A stretch of DNA of 58,180 nucleotides. Source: Promethearchaeota archaeon. Lineage in GTDB: Archaea; Asgardarchaeota; Lokiarchaeia; Sigyniarchaeales; SOKP01. Both the position numbers and the translations under genes were made by a program. The notes beneath the pieces were generated by a model. The model was not told the DNA's origin. It worked only from the letters and a program-made list of their open reading frames with translations, and made no database searches. This document shows, one piece after another, positions 47,251 through 56,944 of this stretch; position 1 is the first letter of the stretch; the number at the start of each line of letters is the position of its first letter. The stretch spans positions 1 to 58,180 of the forward strand of contig RDOA01000019.1 in the NCBI GenBank assembly GCA_011364925.1, in the 5' to 3' direction.

Positions 47251-47445
47251 TTCCTTTCGTTAATAGTTATGTGAATCATTGTTAATATTTTTATTTTAAG
47301 ATTCTCCACTAAGTAAAAGGTTGTAAACAGTATTGAAATTCTAATTTTATAAAGTAAATTTTTATATAACTAAAAGATAGTATTATTATAATTTTAAGTT
47401 TTAAATTCAAATTAATTAGGATAATAAATTACTCCTTGATGTGTT

Positions 47446-48300
47446 ATGTTTTTCCAAGACTATTTTCAATTTTTTGATATATGGGACGGTATTGAGTCGG
47501 GCTTATATTACGCAATAGTAGGTTTTTATTTTCTAATATTTGCATATTTCCTTTTAATGAGATTTAGAGTTTCGAAAAAGCTCTATTGGTTTTACTTTGC
47601 AATTTTATTTTTGTTTCTAGCTGCAGGGAGAGGATTTTTCATTGTTTACTACTTTTACGCACCAGAACTCTATGGATCAATGCCAACTTTAGAATTAGTA
47701 GGATTGTTAATGTTTCTTTATAGATTAGCTACATTTTCTACATGGTTAGCCATAGCTTGTGTGATGGGTGTTTTTGGTACGCTCATCTTTCCTTCGATTT
47801 CTGAAAGCGATACCGATTCAGAAAAAAAAGATAATGTATCTAAAATTAAACAATTAATAAGAAATAAAAAAGTAAGAATATCCCTTAAAATCTGTTTGAT
47901 TGTAATCCCCATTATTGTAAGCATTCTCGCTTTAACCTTACCAGATTCACTACTTATGGATCCAGATTTCAATGAAGCGCCATATAATGCTGGAGTTACC
48001 TTAGTAACGATTTTTGGGTATCCCGCAGGTAGAGCTGTCCTCAATTTTATTCTCTTACCTTTAATGGTGTTTTTAATTCCGTTTACATTCGTTTATTTAG
48101 CGTTGAAAACATTTGGAGTTTTAAGGCGTTCTTACGCTTTAAATGCAATTGGATTCTTTATCTATTTTTTTGGAAGAATATCTCAAGGGATATTTGAAAC
48201 CTTTGGATTTCCCCATGTTGGAGCGATTTTGCCACCATTATTAATCTTACTCTCCTTATTAATTATCGTAATTGCAAATAACTACGAACAGTTGCGTTAA
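47446..48300 (+). CDS. Hypothetical polytopic (about 7 TM) membrane protein
   Basis: About seven hydrophobic helices with a charged loop after TM3; no catalytic motif recognised. Confidence 0.6.
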   Translation: MFFQDYFQFFDIWDGIESGLYYAIVGFYFLIFAYFLLMRFRVSKKLYWFYFAILFLFLAAGRGFFIVYYFYAPELYGSMPTLELVGLLMFLYRLATFSTWLAIACVMGVFGTLIFPSISESDTDSEKKDNVSKIKQLIRNKKVRISLKICLIVIPIIVSILALTLPDSLLMDPDFNEAPYNAGVTLVTIFGYPAGRAVLNFILLPLMVFLIPFTFVYLALKTFGVLRRSYALNAIGFFIYFFGRISQGIFETFGFPHVGAILPPLLILLSLLIIVIANNYEQLR

Positions 48301-48510
48301 AGATCAAAAATTATTATATTCTTTGAAATAAAATCGTTTTTTTCAAATCTTTTAGACTTTTTATAAATTCAATCTTAGAAAATACTAGTAGATTGTTAGG
48401 ATAGTGGAGATTTTAAAAAATAATTTTAAATAAAAATTTTAGTAATAATTTATTAAACTAAAAAAAAACTGTATTATTATAATTAATTTTAAACCAGATG
48501 AGGTCAATTT

Positions 48511-50139
48511 ATGTCAATCCATGGCAATCAATATATTTTACCCCTATTTAATACTCCTCAAAGAATACCCCCCATCAAGGAACACGATGAGTTAGCATTG
48601 GCGTTCTATTTATTAACAAAAAATGTAGATTCAGATGAGAGAATTGTCTCCTTTTCTAGACTACTTTGGCCATATCTCTGCGTCCAAGGTGTTATAAGTA
48701 CACATATAATTTTAGATGGGTTGAGTGTATTTTCGAAAAGAGATAAACTTTCTAATCCGCCTCGCCAACCGTTAATAGGTCATCTTCTAAGAAACATTGA
48801 GAATCGAACAGAGATTGAACAACTGAATAAAATTATAGAAGTTTTAAAATATACCGATAGCGAAGCAGAATCTCTGGGTGAAAGCGAGGAATCCGAGTTT
48901 CAGGAGTTAAAAATAGAATCTTTAATTGATCCAGAATTCCTTGTAACTTTAGTAAAACTATTACCTTTCACTGAATTTAAACCTGTAGCAGATTATATGC
49001 CATTGGAAGCGAACTTTACTACAGAGCAGGCTTTAGAGATTGCAGAGAAATATCGGAATACGGTCGATTATATGAAGGGGAACGCACTAAGGTGGAATAC
49101 ACAAATTGAATTGATTAGTAAAGAAGTAGATAAATGGTTAATCAATATCAATGTCCAACTAAAAGATATAGATTCTCGTTTCTCATCCCAGATTTCAAAG
49201 ACATCACAGTCAATTGATAAAAATCAAATTAATGATAAGATCGCATTGGAAAGCGATAAAATTGACCAATGGAAAGTTGCTGAAAAAAGAAGAGTAATTG
49301 AGAATATATCAGTGTTATTTAAAACAGCAGAAAGACAACTGGAAGAGATAATTAAGAAAAACAAACAGTTCACCCATTCAGATATGTTAAAAGGTAGAGT
49401 TTTTAGTGATCTTACATATCCATTTGAAAATCACTTTAAATACTTAATAGACGAAGGGAATAATTTCGTAAGTTCAATTACATCTATGACTCAAAAATAC
49501 ATGGAATTGAAAGAACGCGCTTTTGAAATCGATGCTGAAGCAAATAAAAAATTGGAAGAATTCAAATCCTCTTTAGATATGAAACTTCAAGATAGAAACA
49601 AAAATTTATCAGCATTCGAAGAAGAGAAACAACAAAAAATAACAGAAATTGGAACTCTACAAAAACAGGTTGAAAATTTATATTCTCAGATAAAATCCAT
49701 TGTTCAAACTAAAAATGGAAATTGCTTACAAGAAGCTAAAGACTTAATATCTTGGTCGTTAACTGATGATCAATCTGAGTTATTTTCTCGCCCAATAGTA
49801 TGGATTTATATGCCGTTATATGTTATGTTCGTTGAAAACAAAAAAAATATGGAAGAAAAAATGTTTTCAGTCTTTCCCGGAACTGTTACGACTGATCCAA
49901 ATAACATTTATAAGGAAGTTTCTGATGTTATGCTGAATTTAAAGCGTAGAGTTACTGAAAAAATTGAAGAAGATATGGCACTAAGATCTAATTTCGAATT
50001 TTCAAGCGAAAATAGGAATCTGCTCGAAGATCCAAGTTTAAAAAAGAAAATCCAACAAGGGATTTCCATTTTAAGAAACAGTGGGTTAATAAATGTTGAT
50101 ATGGAAAATGAAATTAGAACGAAATTGGATTCTATATAA
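48511..50139 (+). CDS. Hypothetical protein with a long central coiled-coil region
   Basis: E/K/Q-rich helical region at about aa 165-410, flanked by LLWPY and IYMPLYV beta-type segments; GAGGT SD upstream. Confidence 0.65.
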   Translation: MSIHGNQYILPLFNTPQRIPPIKEHDELALAFYLLTKNVDSDERIVSFSRLLWPYLCVQGVISTHIILDGLSVFSKRDKLSNPPRQPLIGHLLRNIENRTEIEQLNKIIEVLKYTDSEAESLGESEESEFQELKIESLIDPEFLVTLVKLLPFTEFKPVADYMPLEANFTTEQALEIAEKYRNTVDYMKGNALRWNTQIELISKEVDKWLININVQLKDIDSRFSSQISKTSQSIDKNQINDKIALESDKIDQWKVAEKRRVIENISVLFKTAERQLEEIIKKNKQFTHSDMLKGRVFSDLTYPFENHFKYLIDEGNNFVSSITSMTQKYMELKERAFEIDAEANKKLEEFKSSLDMKLQDRNKNLSAFEEEKQQKITEIGTLQKQVENLYSQIKSIVQTKNGNCLQEAKDLISWSLTDDQSELFSRPIVWIYMPLYVMFVENKKNMEEKMFSVFPGTVTTDPNNIYKEVSDVMLNLKRRVTEKIEEDMALRSNFEFSSENRNLLEDPSLKKKIQQGISILRNSGLINVDMENEIRTKLDSI

Positions 50140-50165
50140 ATTCGCTAGTCTTTTTTAATAAGAAG

Positions 50166-50831
50166 ATGTGTGCCAAAAAATTAGATCTTAGAAAAAAGAT
50201 CAATTTGAAAAGAAAAGCTTTAAGAACATATTTTTTACACATTGAGGAAGATTCTCAAAAGGGAGAAGTTAGTGAGCTCCAGCGAGAGATTCTGGAAGAA
50301 GGGATGGTATACCTCCAGATGAGACTACCCATTGATAAAATCACTAAAGATTTTGAGAATTCACTAAAAGAAAAGATAGAGCATAAAATTTTTCACGCAA
50401 GTATTCGAGAAGCAACAAAAAATGATCTTACTAGCGTCCAAGATATCTACAACAAAGCTTGGTTAACATCCAACACACCTTTCAGACCAATTGAGAAAGA
50501 TACTCTTAAAAAAATCTTTAATGACCCGGACACGGTTTTTCTTATTGCTAAGGTTTACGGCATCGATGGAGGATTTGTAATTTTAGATTTCGAAGGTGAA
50601 AATAAGGAATACGGAGTAATTGCAGGACTAGGCGTTTTACCTCGGTTCCAAGGTAAAGGGTTAGGAACGATTTTAGGTTTAGCTGCCTGGAATTACTTTA
50701 AGGAGAAAGGTTTGGAAGAATTAAGGTGCGAAGTTTATAAAGACAATCAGAAATCTTATAAATTTGTTAAAGGATTAAATTTTGAGGAATTTGGAAAAAA
50801 AATCTATCGTAAAGAGGATTTTGAGTTATAG
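50166..50831 (+). CDS. GNAT family N-acetyltransferase (copy 1)
   Basis: IREA...DL, acetyl-CoA motif GVLPRFQGKGLGT, N..S..F...L.F. Confidence 0.9.
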   Translation: MCAKKLDLRKKINLKRKALRTYFLHIEEDSQKGEVSELQREILEEGMVYLQMRLPIDKITKDFENSLKEKIEHKIFHASIREATKNDLTSVQDIYNKAWLTSNTPFRPIEKDTLKKIFNDPDTVFLIAKVYGIDGGFVILDFEGENKEYGVIAGLGVLPRFQGKGLGTILGLAAWNYFKEKGLEELRCEVYKDNQKSYKFVKGLNFEEFGKKIYRKEDFEL

Positions 50832-50910
50832 TATTATCGTTCTATAAAACCTTTTTATTTTTGGATCATTTATTGATTTTAATTGATAAGCTGAATTTTT
50901 TTATTCAATA

Positions 50911-51558
50911 ATGTCGCTTCCTCGTATGAATTTTAAGAAAAGAAGACTTCGAAGTATATTTCTAAGATTTGAGAAAAAAAGTAAATCAACTGATGAAATA
51001 GAGGACGATCTAATTACATCGGGGTTAGAGTACATTCAAATGAAGTTACCTGTTGCAAGAATTACCCCAGAATTCGAAAAAAAAATTACGGAAAAGATAG
51101 AACGCAATATTCTTCGAGCAAAGATAAGAGAAGCAAAATTAGATGATTTGGAGAGCGTTGTGGCTCTATATAATAGAAGCTGGTTGACGTCGAATACTCC
51201 TTATTCACCATTATCACTTGAATCCATAAAAGTATTATTCGAATATCCAGAAACTAAAATCTTAATAGCTAGAGTATATGGTTATGATGCTGGGTTCGTT
51301 ATCCTTGATTATGAGGGTCCACACAATCAGTATGGAATTATTGCTGGACTTGGAGTTATCCCTCGCTATCAACGGAAAGGTCTTGGAACTGTACTTGGAG
51401 TAGCAGCATGGAATTACTTTAAAAAGCAAGGAGTTAAAGAACTCAGATGTGAAGTATTTAAAGATAATAAAGTATCTTACAATTTTATCAAATCATTAGG
51501 ATTTGAAGAATTTGGAACAAAAATATATAAACAGGAAGATTTTGATGCATACTTGTAA
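50911..51558 (+). CDS. GNAT family N-acetyltransferase (copy 2, tandem paralogue)
   Basis: GVIPRYQRKGLGT; shares WLTSNTP, GFVILD.EG, AAWNYFK and LRCEV with copy 1. Confidence 0.9.
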   Translation: MSLPRMNFKKRRLRSIFLRFEKKSKSTDEIEDDLITSGLEYIQMKLPVARITPEFEKKITEKIERNILRAKIREAKLDDLESVVALYNRSWLTSNTPYSPLSLESIKVLFEYPETKILIARVYGYDAGFVILDYEGPHNQYGIIAGLGVIPRYQRKGLGTVLGVAAWNYFKKQGVKELRCEVFKDNKVSYNFIKSLGFEEFGTKIYKQEDFDAYL

Positions 51559-51594
51559 AATTTCATAATTATCCTTCAAAATAAAAAAGCTGAA

Positions 51595-52752
51595 TTGTTG
51601 ATGGTTAGAATTAAAAGCATAGAAACTGTAAAAGGATTCTCAATTTTAATAATTCTTATTTCAAACTCTATAAACTATTGGTTAATTTTCGGAGATGATA
51701 TGCAAGATATTTATGGGTTTATTATTACTATTTTAGAAGTGATTGGTCCAGCGTTATATATATTTGTTATATCGTTTTCAATTTCTTTCACATTAGATAA
51801 AAAAATGGGAACTTATCCTAAAAAAGCAAATCGAAATATAATCTTTAAACAAGCTTTCTTTTTGATATTGATAGGAATTCTATATAATATAATAATTAAT
51901 CCGAATTTGGCCTTCCCCTTCAATCTTTGGGGATGGAATATCCTTATCTTTTTAGGTTTTTCTCAAATTATTTGTTATTTAGCTTATAAGCTGGTGAGAT
52001 GGATACGTTTAGTTATTGGTTTATTTATCATTTTTTTAACACCCGGAATTCGAGAATTATTGTTTATAGTAAAAGATACAAATCTTTTAATGAACGCAAT
52101 CCATTTTGTAATTGTTTCTCCTTTTCCTAATTATTCGCTTCTACCATTTGCTTCAATTTCTTTTTTCTCTACTGTATTTGGGGAATATATATTTGAATCT
52201 ATATCCTTAAATTCAAACAGAGCAAATCTTCGTTCAACTCAGTCTATTATTAAATATGGCTTAGTGTTATTATTTTGTGGATTTATACTTCCCTTCATAG
52301 ATATTGGTTTGGTTGTTAATGCTGAAAATTTTAACCCCTTAATCTATCCTTTTCAGGAAGCCGTTCCATTATTAGTTGCTCACAATATATTGTATATCTC
52401 TGGGTTGCCCTTATTTTTATTAAAAGGGACTCCTTCTTTTCTATTTTTATGTATGGGGTTAGCATTACTAATTATTGGGATTTTTTATTATTATTCAGAT
52501 GTTCTCCATAATAAAAGCAGAATTTGTAATACATTTGATATGTTTGGGAGACACTCTATTACAATATTTTTTCTTCAATACTTATTCGTATGGATTTTAT
52601 ACCAAAAAGTTATAATAGTCTGGTATTTCCCATTCTTATTACTGTATTTAGCCATATTTGGGGTTTTATTTTTCCTATGGCAGGAAAATCATAATTCAAT
52701 CCTTTCGTTGGATTGGATCAAGAATAAAATAAGTGGAAAAACTGAAGATTAA
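51595..52752 (+). CDS. Membrane acyltransferase, HGSNAT/DUF1624-like (acyltransferase-3 superfamily)
   Basis: N-terminal RIKSIETVKGFSI (compare R..S.D..RG..I), multiple TM segments, WNIL..LG, FGRHSITIF..Q. Confidence 0.65.
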   Translation: MLMVRIKSIETVKGFSILIILISNSINYWLIFGDDMQDIYGFIITILEVIGPALYIFVISFSISFTLDKKMGTYPKKANRNIIFKQAFFLILIGILYNIIINPNLAFPFNLWGWNILIFLGFSQIICYLAYKLVRWIRLVIGLFIIFLTPGIRELLFIVKDTNLLMNAIHFVIVSPFPNYSLLPFASISFFSTVFGEYIFESISLNSNRANLRSTQSIIKYGLVLLFCGFILPFIDIGLVVNAENFNPLIYPFQEAVPLLVAHNILYISGLPLFLLKGTPSFLFLCMGLALLIIGIFYYYSDVLHNKSRICNTFDMFGRHSITIFFLQYLFVWILYQKVIIVWYFPFLLLYLAIFGVLFFLWQENHNSILSLDWIKNKISGKTED

Positions 52753-54179
52753 GGCTCTTCTTCTCTAAGAGAGTTAATTTTCTCGTTTACGAGGTTTTTG
52801 TTATATTCATCTTCTATTTCAGTGAAAGATTCTTTTGCTTTTTCAAAATATATTAGAGCTCTATCAAACATATGCTTAGAAACATAAATATCTCCTAATT
52901 TGGATTGAACATTAGCAGCCATCTTCGCATTATTTAAACTTTCAAATAGTTCTAGAGCTTCTTCATAATATAAAATTGCTTTTTGTTCATCTTGGATGTA
53001 GTCTTGAAAAATGGTAGCTACATGATATTTCATTTCAGCTATTTTTAATTTATCTCCAAATTTTTGGTAAATCTCCTTTGAATATCCGTAATAATCAATA
53101 GCTTTACTGTCCTCTCCTTTTAATGAGTAGAATTTGGCAATCGCTTCTAAAACAATCCCCTCTTTTATGTTTTCCTGGACCTCAAAGGTCCTTACAGCTT
53201 CTAGACTTTTCAAAAAGTAATCTTCTGCTTCTAGATCATTATCCCATAATGAATGTAAGTACCCTAAATAAAGAAAACACTCCCACTCTAGTCTTTTACG
53301 CGTAACAAGGGTAATCTGGTTTTTGATTGATTCAATCAATTCTAATACGCTTATTAAGCATTTATAAGATCGATTGTAATAGTCTTCTCCGAGATAATAA
53401 TAATATTTTCCATATTTTATGCGAGTCTGGATAATACCATAGGCATCATTTATATTCGTAAAAAATTCCAAGTTCCTTTTTAATAATTTCTTGACCCGTT
53501 CGTAATCCTTTAACGAAAGTAACACTTCAATTAAATTGCTAGAAGTTTTTATTGCTTCGACTTCCAAATTCTCTTGTTCAGCTAAATTTAACGCGTCTTG
53601 ATAAAATTGATATGAATTCTCAAAATCATTAATCAAGTAATAAACATTTCCTAAATTATTCAAAACTTGTACTTTTTTTACATTATCCTTTAGATCTTCT
53701 AAATAACTTAGGGTTCTATCAAAGTGATAAATCGCCTGATCAAAAAATCCAGTTTCCTCGTAAATTAGACCTAATTCGTTATGACTTATTATTATATTCA
53801 AAGTATTTTTTTCCTCTTTAAAATTTTCCAAAGCAAGTTCTAAATTTTTTAAAGCATTAGGAAAATCTCTCTTATTGTAAAATAAACTTGCTTTCCTTAA
53901 TAGAAGATCACCCATGTTTCTTCCTAATTTTTCACTTTCAGTTAATTTCTCTTCCAGTTCAGCTAACTCAAATTCAATTGATTCGTCATCAATTAAGTTA
54001 ACATTATAGTAGTCATCTTCTTCTTGGGTGTCACTGGAAGGATGTGAAAGACTTTCATGAGAAGAAAATAATCTTTTATTAAGTTCCTCGTTAAGGTTTG
54101 TAATTAAAGGTTTATTACAATTACGACAATAAGTCCAATAAGGTTCAATTGGTTCCTTACAAAATGGACAATGATTCAT
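52749..54179 (-). CDS. Zinc-ribbon + tetratricopeptide repeat protein
   Basis: CPFC..YCRNC N-terminus; repeated LG.IY...G..D.A..Y...AL TPR units. Confidence 0.8.
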   Translation of the reverse strand: MNHCPFCKEPIEPYWTYCRNCNKPLITNLNEELNKRLFSSHESLSHPSSDTQEEDDYYNVNLIDDESIEFELAELEEKLTESEKLGRNMGDLLLRKASLFYNKRDFPNALKNLELALENFKEEKNTLNIIISHNELGLIYEETGFFDQAIYHFDRTLSYLEDLKDNVKKVQVLNNLGNVYYLINDFENSYQFYQDALNLAEQENLEVEAIKTSSNLIEVLLSLKDYERVKKLLKRNLEFFTNINDAYGIIQTRIKYGKYYYYLGEDYYNRSYKCLISVLELIESIKNQITLVTRKRLEWECFLYLGYLHSLWDNDLEAEDYFLKSLEAVRTFEVQENIKEGIVLEAIAKFYSLKGEDSKAIDYYGYSKEIYQKFGDKLKIAEMKYHVATIFQDYIQDEQKAILYYEEALELFESLNNAKMAANVQSKLGDIYVSKHMFDRALIYFEKAKESFTEIEDEYNKNLVNEKINSLREEEP

Positions 54180-54290
54180 TACTCGATGATGTTATATTAA
54201 TGCTCGTTTAATTACAAATGAAAATTCGTTCATATATAATTTTTTAAAAATTCAATTAAAGAGTACATCAACGATTTCTTTTCATTAATA

Positions 54291-55211
54291 TTAGTTTTTT
54301 CTGCTATTCAAATACAATTTTAAATCTCTGTTTATTTCATCCTCGTTTAATCCTAAAGAATTTAAAAGGATTCTTAGCTGAATAATGGAGTTTTTCGCAT
54401 TTATTTCTTCAGCGACGCTTAATGCTTTAATGTATGTTTCTTTTGCTTCTTTTAACTCACCTTCATAAACTAAGAGTTCACCAATATAACTTAAACCCTT
54501 TAAAATTAACTCCGTATAATTTGAATCAATCGCTTTATTAGTCCCTTTTTTAAAATATATAAGAGATTGAAAAAGATCGTTATCTCTTTTTTTTAAAATA
54601 CCTAAATTAAAGTATGATACAATTTCACCCTTAGGATCGTCTAATTTCTTAAATGCTTCAAGAGATTTTTGATAAAGTTCATAAACAATTTCCCAATTCT
54701 CTTTTATTTCATAAATTTGAATTAGATTACCCAGACAATCAAGTAAATTATATATATCATCATGATCAGAGCATAACGCACTACACTCAAGAAAAACATC
54801 GCATGCTTGATCATATTGGTTTAGCTTGATTAGATTGTTTCCGATTCCTTTTAAGCATGTGATTAGTTCTTGAATCTGATTTAATTCAGTATAAATATCG
54901 AATGCGTGTTGGTAACTTTCAATTGATTTCTGATAATCACCTTTTTTAAAATAAAGCGTCCCTAATAAGCCATAAACGGCTGCTTGCCCTAATCTATCTT
55001 TCTGTTTCTGAAAATGTTTCAAGCAGATCAAATAATTCGTTTCTGATTCCTCAAATAATCCTAATTGTATTTGAATTAAACTAATATCACTAAGTTCCTG
55101 GATGTAGTTTGAATCTTTACCTATTTGCTCTAATTCCTTTAAATTAGCTAATTTTTCTTTAAGGAGGACTTCTAATTCTTCACGAGTATATTCGTCTTTA
55201 TCTTCTGTCAT
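54291..55211 (-). CDS. Tetratricopeptide repeat protein
   Basis: TPR consensus repeats, e.g. LLGTLYFKKGDYQKSIESYQHAF. Confidence 0.8.
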   Translation of the reverse strand: MTEDKDEYTREELEVLLKEKLANLKELEQIGKDSNYIQELSDISLIQIQLGLFEESETNYLICLKHFQKQKDRLGQAAVYGLLGTLYFKKGDYQKSIESYQHAFDIYTELNQIQELITCLKGIGNNLIKLNQYDQACDVFLECSALCSDHDDIYNLLDCLGNLIQIYEIKENWEIVYELYQKSLEAFKKLDDPKGEIVSYFNLGILKKRDNDLFQSLIYFKKGTNKAIDSNYTELILKGLSYIGELLVYEGELKEAKETYIKALSVAEEINAKNSIIQLRILLNSLGLNEDEINRDLKLYLNSRKN

Positions 55212-55246
55212 AAATAAAAAGGAGAATTAATTAATTTTAATAGCAT

Positions 55247-55684
55247 TCATTCTAAAAGTTCTTCTAAAATCTCAGCTGCGTTTTTCACGCATAGTCGGCA
55301 TTTTTTATCGAGTAAATCATTTTGACGGAAAAATTCTAGACCTTCAGGAGTATTAATGTCACAACCAATAATTTCCTTACAAATCATCGAACCATTTTTT
55401 TTAAGAAAACGGTAAGAAAATTCGTTTACAATTTGATAAGTCTTATCTTTCGCATCTGAATCATTACTTAAACCTAAACCATGCTTCAACCCTATAACCA
55501 TGTAAGCACCAGTAACAGCACCGCAAGTTCTACCGCTACGACCCATTCCTCCACCAAATCCAGTAGCTATTTTCAGAGCTATATCTTGATCTAATCCATA
55601 ATAGGGAGCAAAAGTGCCAAATATTGATTGTGCACAATTAAAATCTTTTTCAAAAATTGAGAGAGCTTCTTCTATTCTTGACAT
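55247..55684 (-). CDS. C_GCAxxG_C_C family putative redox protein
   Basis: FNCAQS, GFGGGMG...TCGAVTGA, GS..C, C..CV. Confidence 0.9.
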   Translation of the reverse strand: MSRIEEALSIFEKDFNCAQSIFGTFAPYYGLDQDIALKIATGFGGGMGRSGRTCGAVTGAYMVIGLKHGLGLSNDSDAKDKTYQIVNEFSYRFLKKNGSMICKEIIGCDINTPEGLEFFRQNDLLDKKCRLCVKNAAEILEELLE

Positions 55685-55792
55685 TTTAAATAACTATATG
55701 TTATATTTTAAACCTATAAGAAATATAAAATTGCGTATCTATTATATATTTAGAGATAGATCAGTAAAATTTCCCAAGCAAAAGGATTTTAT

Positions 55793-56905
55793 ATGAAAGT
55801 TAAAGCGAGATTATATGAAAAACTCGACAAAGATAAGGTTAAATGTCATATTTGTGCTAATGAATGCACCATTCTACCGGGGAAGATTGGAATATGTAGA
55901 ACAAGAAAGAATTTTGACGGAGAATTATTTACTTTAATATATGGTTCTATGATATCCTCAGGCAGCTTGGATCCAATTGAGAAGAAACCACTTTATAACT
56001 TCTGGCCAGGCGCGACAGCTTACTCAATTGCATCAATCGGTTGTTCTTTTAAGTGTCAGAATTGTCAGAACTGGTCTATTAGCCAAGCTAACCCAACGGA
56101 TAATGGAAAAGATGGATATTACGACTTTAAAGGATACGAGGGTCGTAGAATGTCTTTGGTTGAAATGACACCTGAAGAATTAGTAAAAAGAGTCGTTAAA
56201 AGTGGTGCTAAAACATTAGCTTATACGTACAACGAACCACTAATTTGGCACGAATGGATATTGGATACTGCTGAACTGCTTAAAAAAGAGGATATTAAAA
56301 CTATACTAGTGACAAACGGATACTCTACCCTTGAAGCCACGACAGAATTGATAGAAGTAGGAATAGATGCTGCTAATATCGACATTAAATCTATGTCAGA
56401 TGACTTTTATAAGAAAATCTGTGGTGTAAAATCAGTCCAGCCTGTTTTGGATACAGCAAAAAGATTTAAAGCCGGTGGAATTCACGTTGAAATTACTAAT
56501 CTCATTATTCCTGATTTAAATGATAGCGATGCTGAAATTGAGTCGCTTTCTAGTTGGATTTACGAAAATCTTGGAGATGATACTCCACTTCACTTCTCTG
56601 CTTATCATCCAGACTTTAAGCAACCATCTATGAAAAGAACTCCGTTTAAAACATTAGACAACGCCTATAACATCGCCAAAAGAATAGGGTTAAAATATGT
56701 ATATGTTGGGAATATAAATCATGAAAAAGGTGCAAATACTTACTGTCCAAACTGTAATCACTTGATTTTAGGGAGAAGTGGATACCGATTTACGAAAATT
56801 GACATTACAGAGTCAAAACTGTGCCCAAATTGCCAATACGATCTAAAAAACGATATCATAGGGGAAATTGACAAAAATCCCTCTCATAGATTTAGCTTCT
56901 TTTAA
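55793..56905 (+). CDS. amrS: AmmeMemoRadiSam system radical SAM enzyme
   Basis: C..C...C......G.C..R.N, DPIEKKPL, CSFKCQNCQN radical SAM motif, AYTYNEP, PLHFS, YVYVGN, T.CP.C. Confidence 0.9.
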   Translation: MKVKARLYEKLDKDKVKCHICANECTILPGKIGICRTRKNFDGELFTLIYGSMISSGSLDPIEKKPLYNFWPGATAYSIASIGCSFKCQNCQNWSISQANPTDNGKDGYYDFKGYEGRRMSLVEMTPEELVKRVVKSGAKTLAYTYNEPLIWHEWILDTAELLKKEDIKTILVTNGYSTLEATTELIEVGIDAANIDIKSMSDDFYKKICGVKSVQPVLDTAKRFKAGGIHVEITNLIIPDLNDSDAEIESLSSWIYENLGDDTPLHFSAYHPDFKQPSMKRTPFKTLDNAYNIAKRIGLKYVYVGNINHEKGANTYCPNCNHLILGRSGYRFTKIDITESKLCPNCQYDLKNDIIGEIDKNPSHRFSFF

Positions 56906-56944
56906 AAATTTAAAAATTATAATAAAAAAGATTTGAAGTTTAAA

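Noticed and set aside
55247-55684. Possible selenoprotein (this family has Sec members elsewhere)
   Set aside because: All motif positions are Cys and the ORF is complete.
55793-56905. Radical SAM protein as the missing QueE
   Set aside because: Its motifs (DPIEKKPL, N- and C-terminal Cys clusters) identify the AmmeMemoRadiSam family, not QueE.
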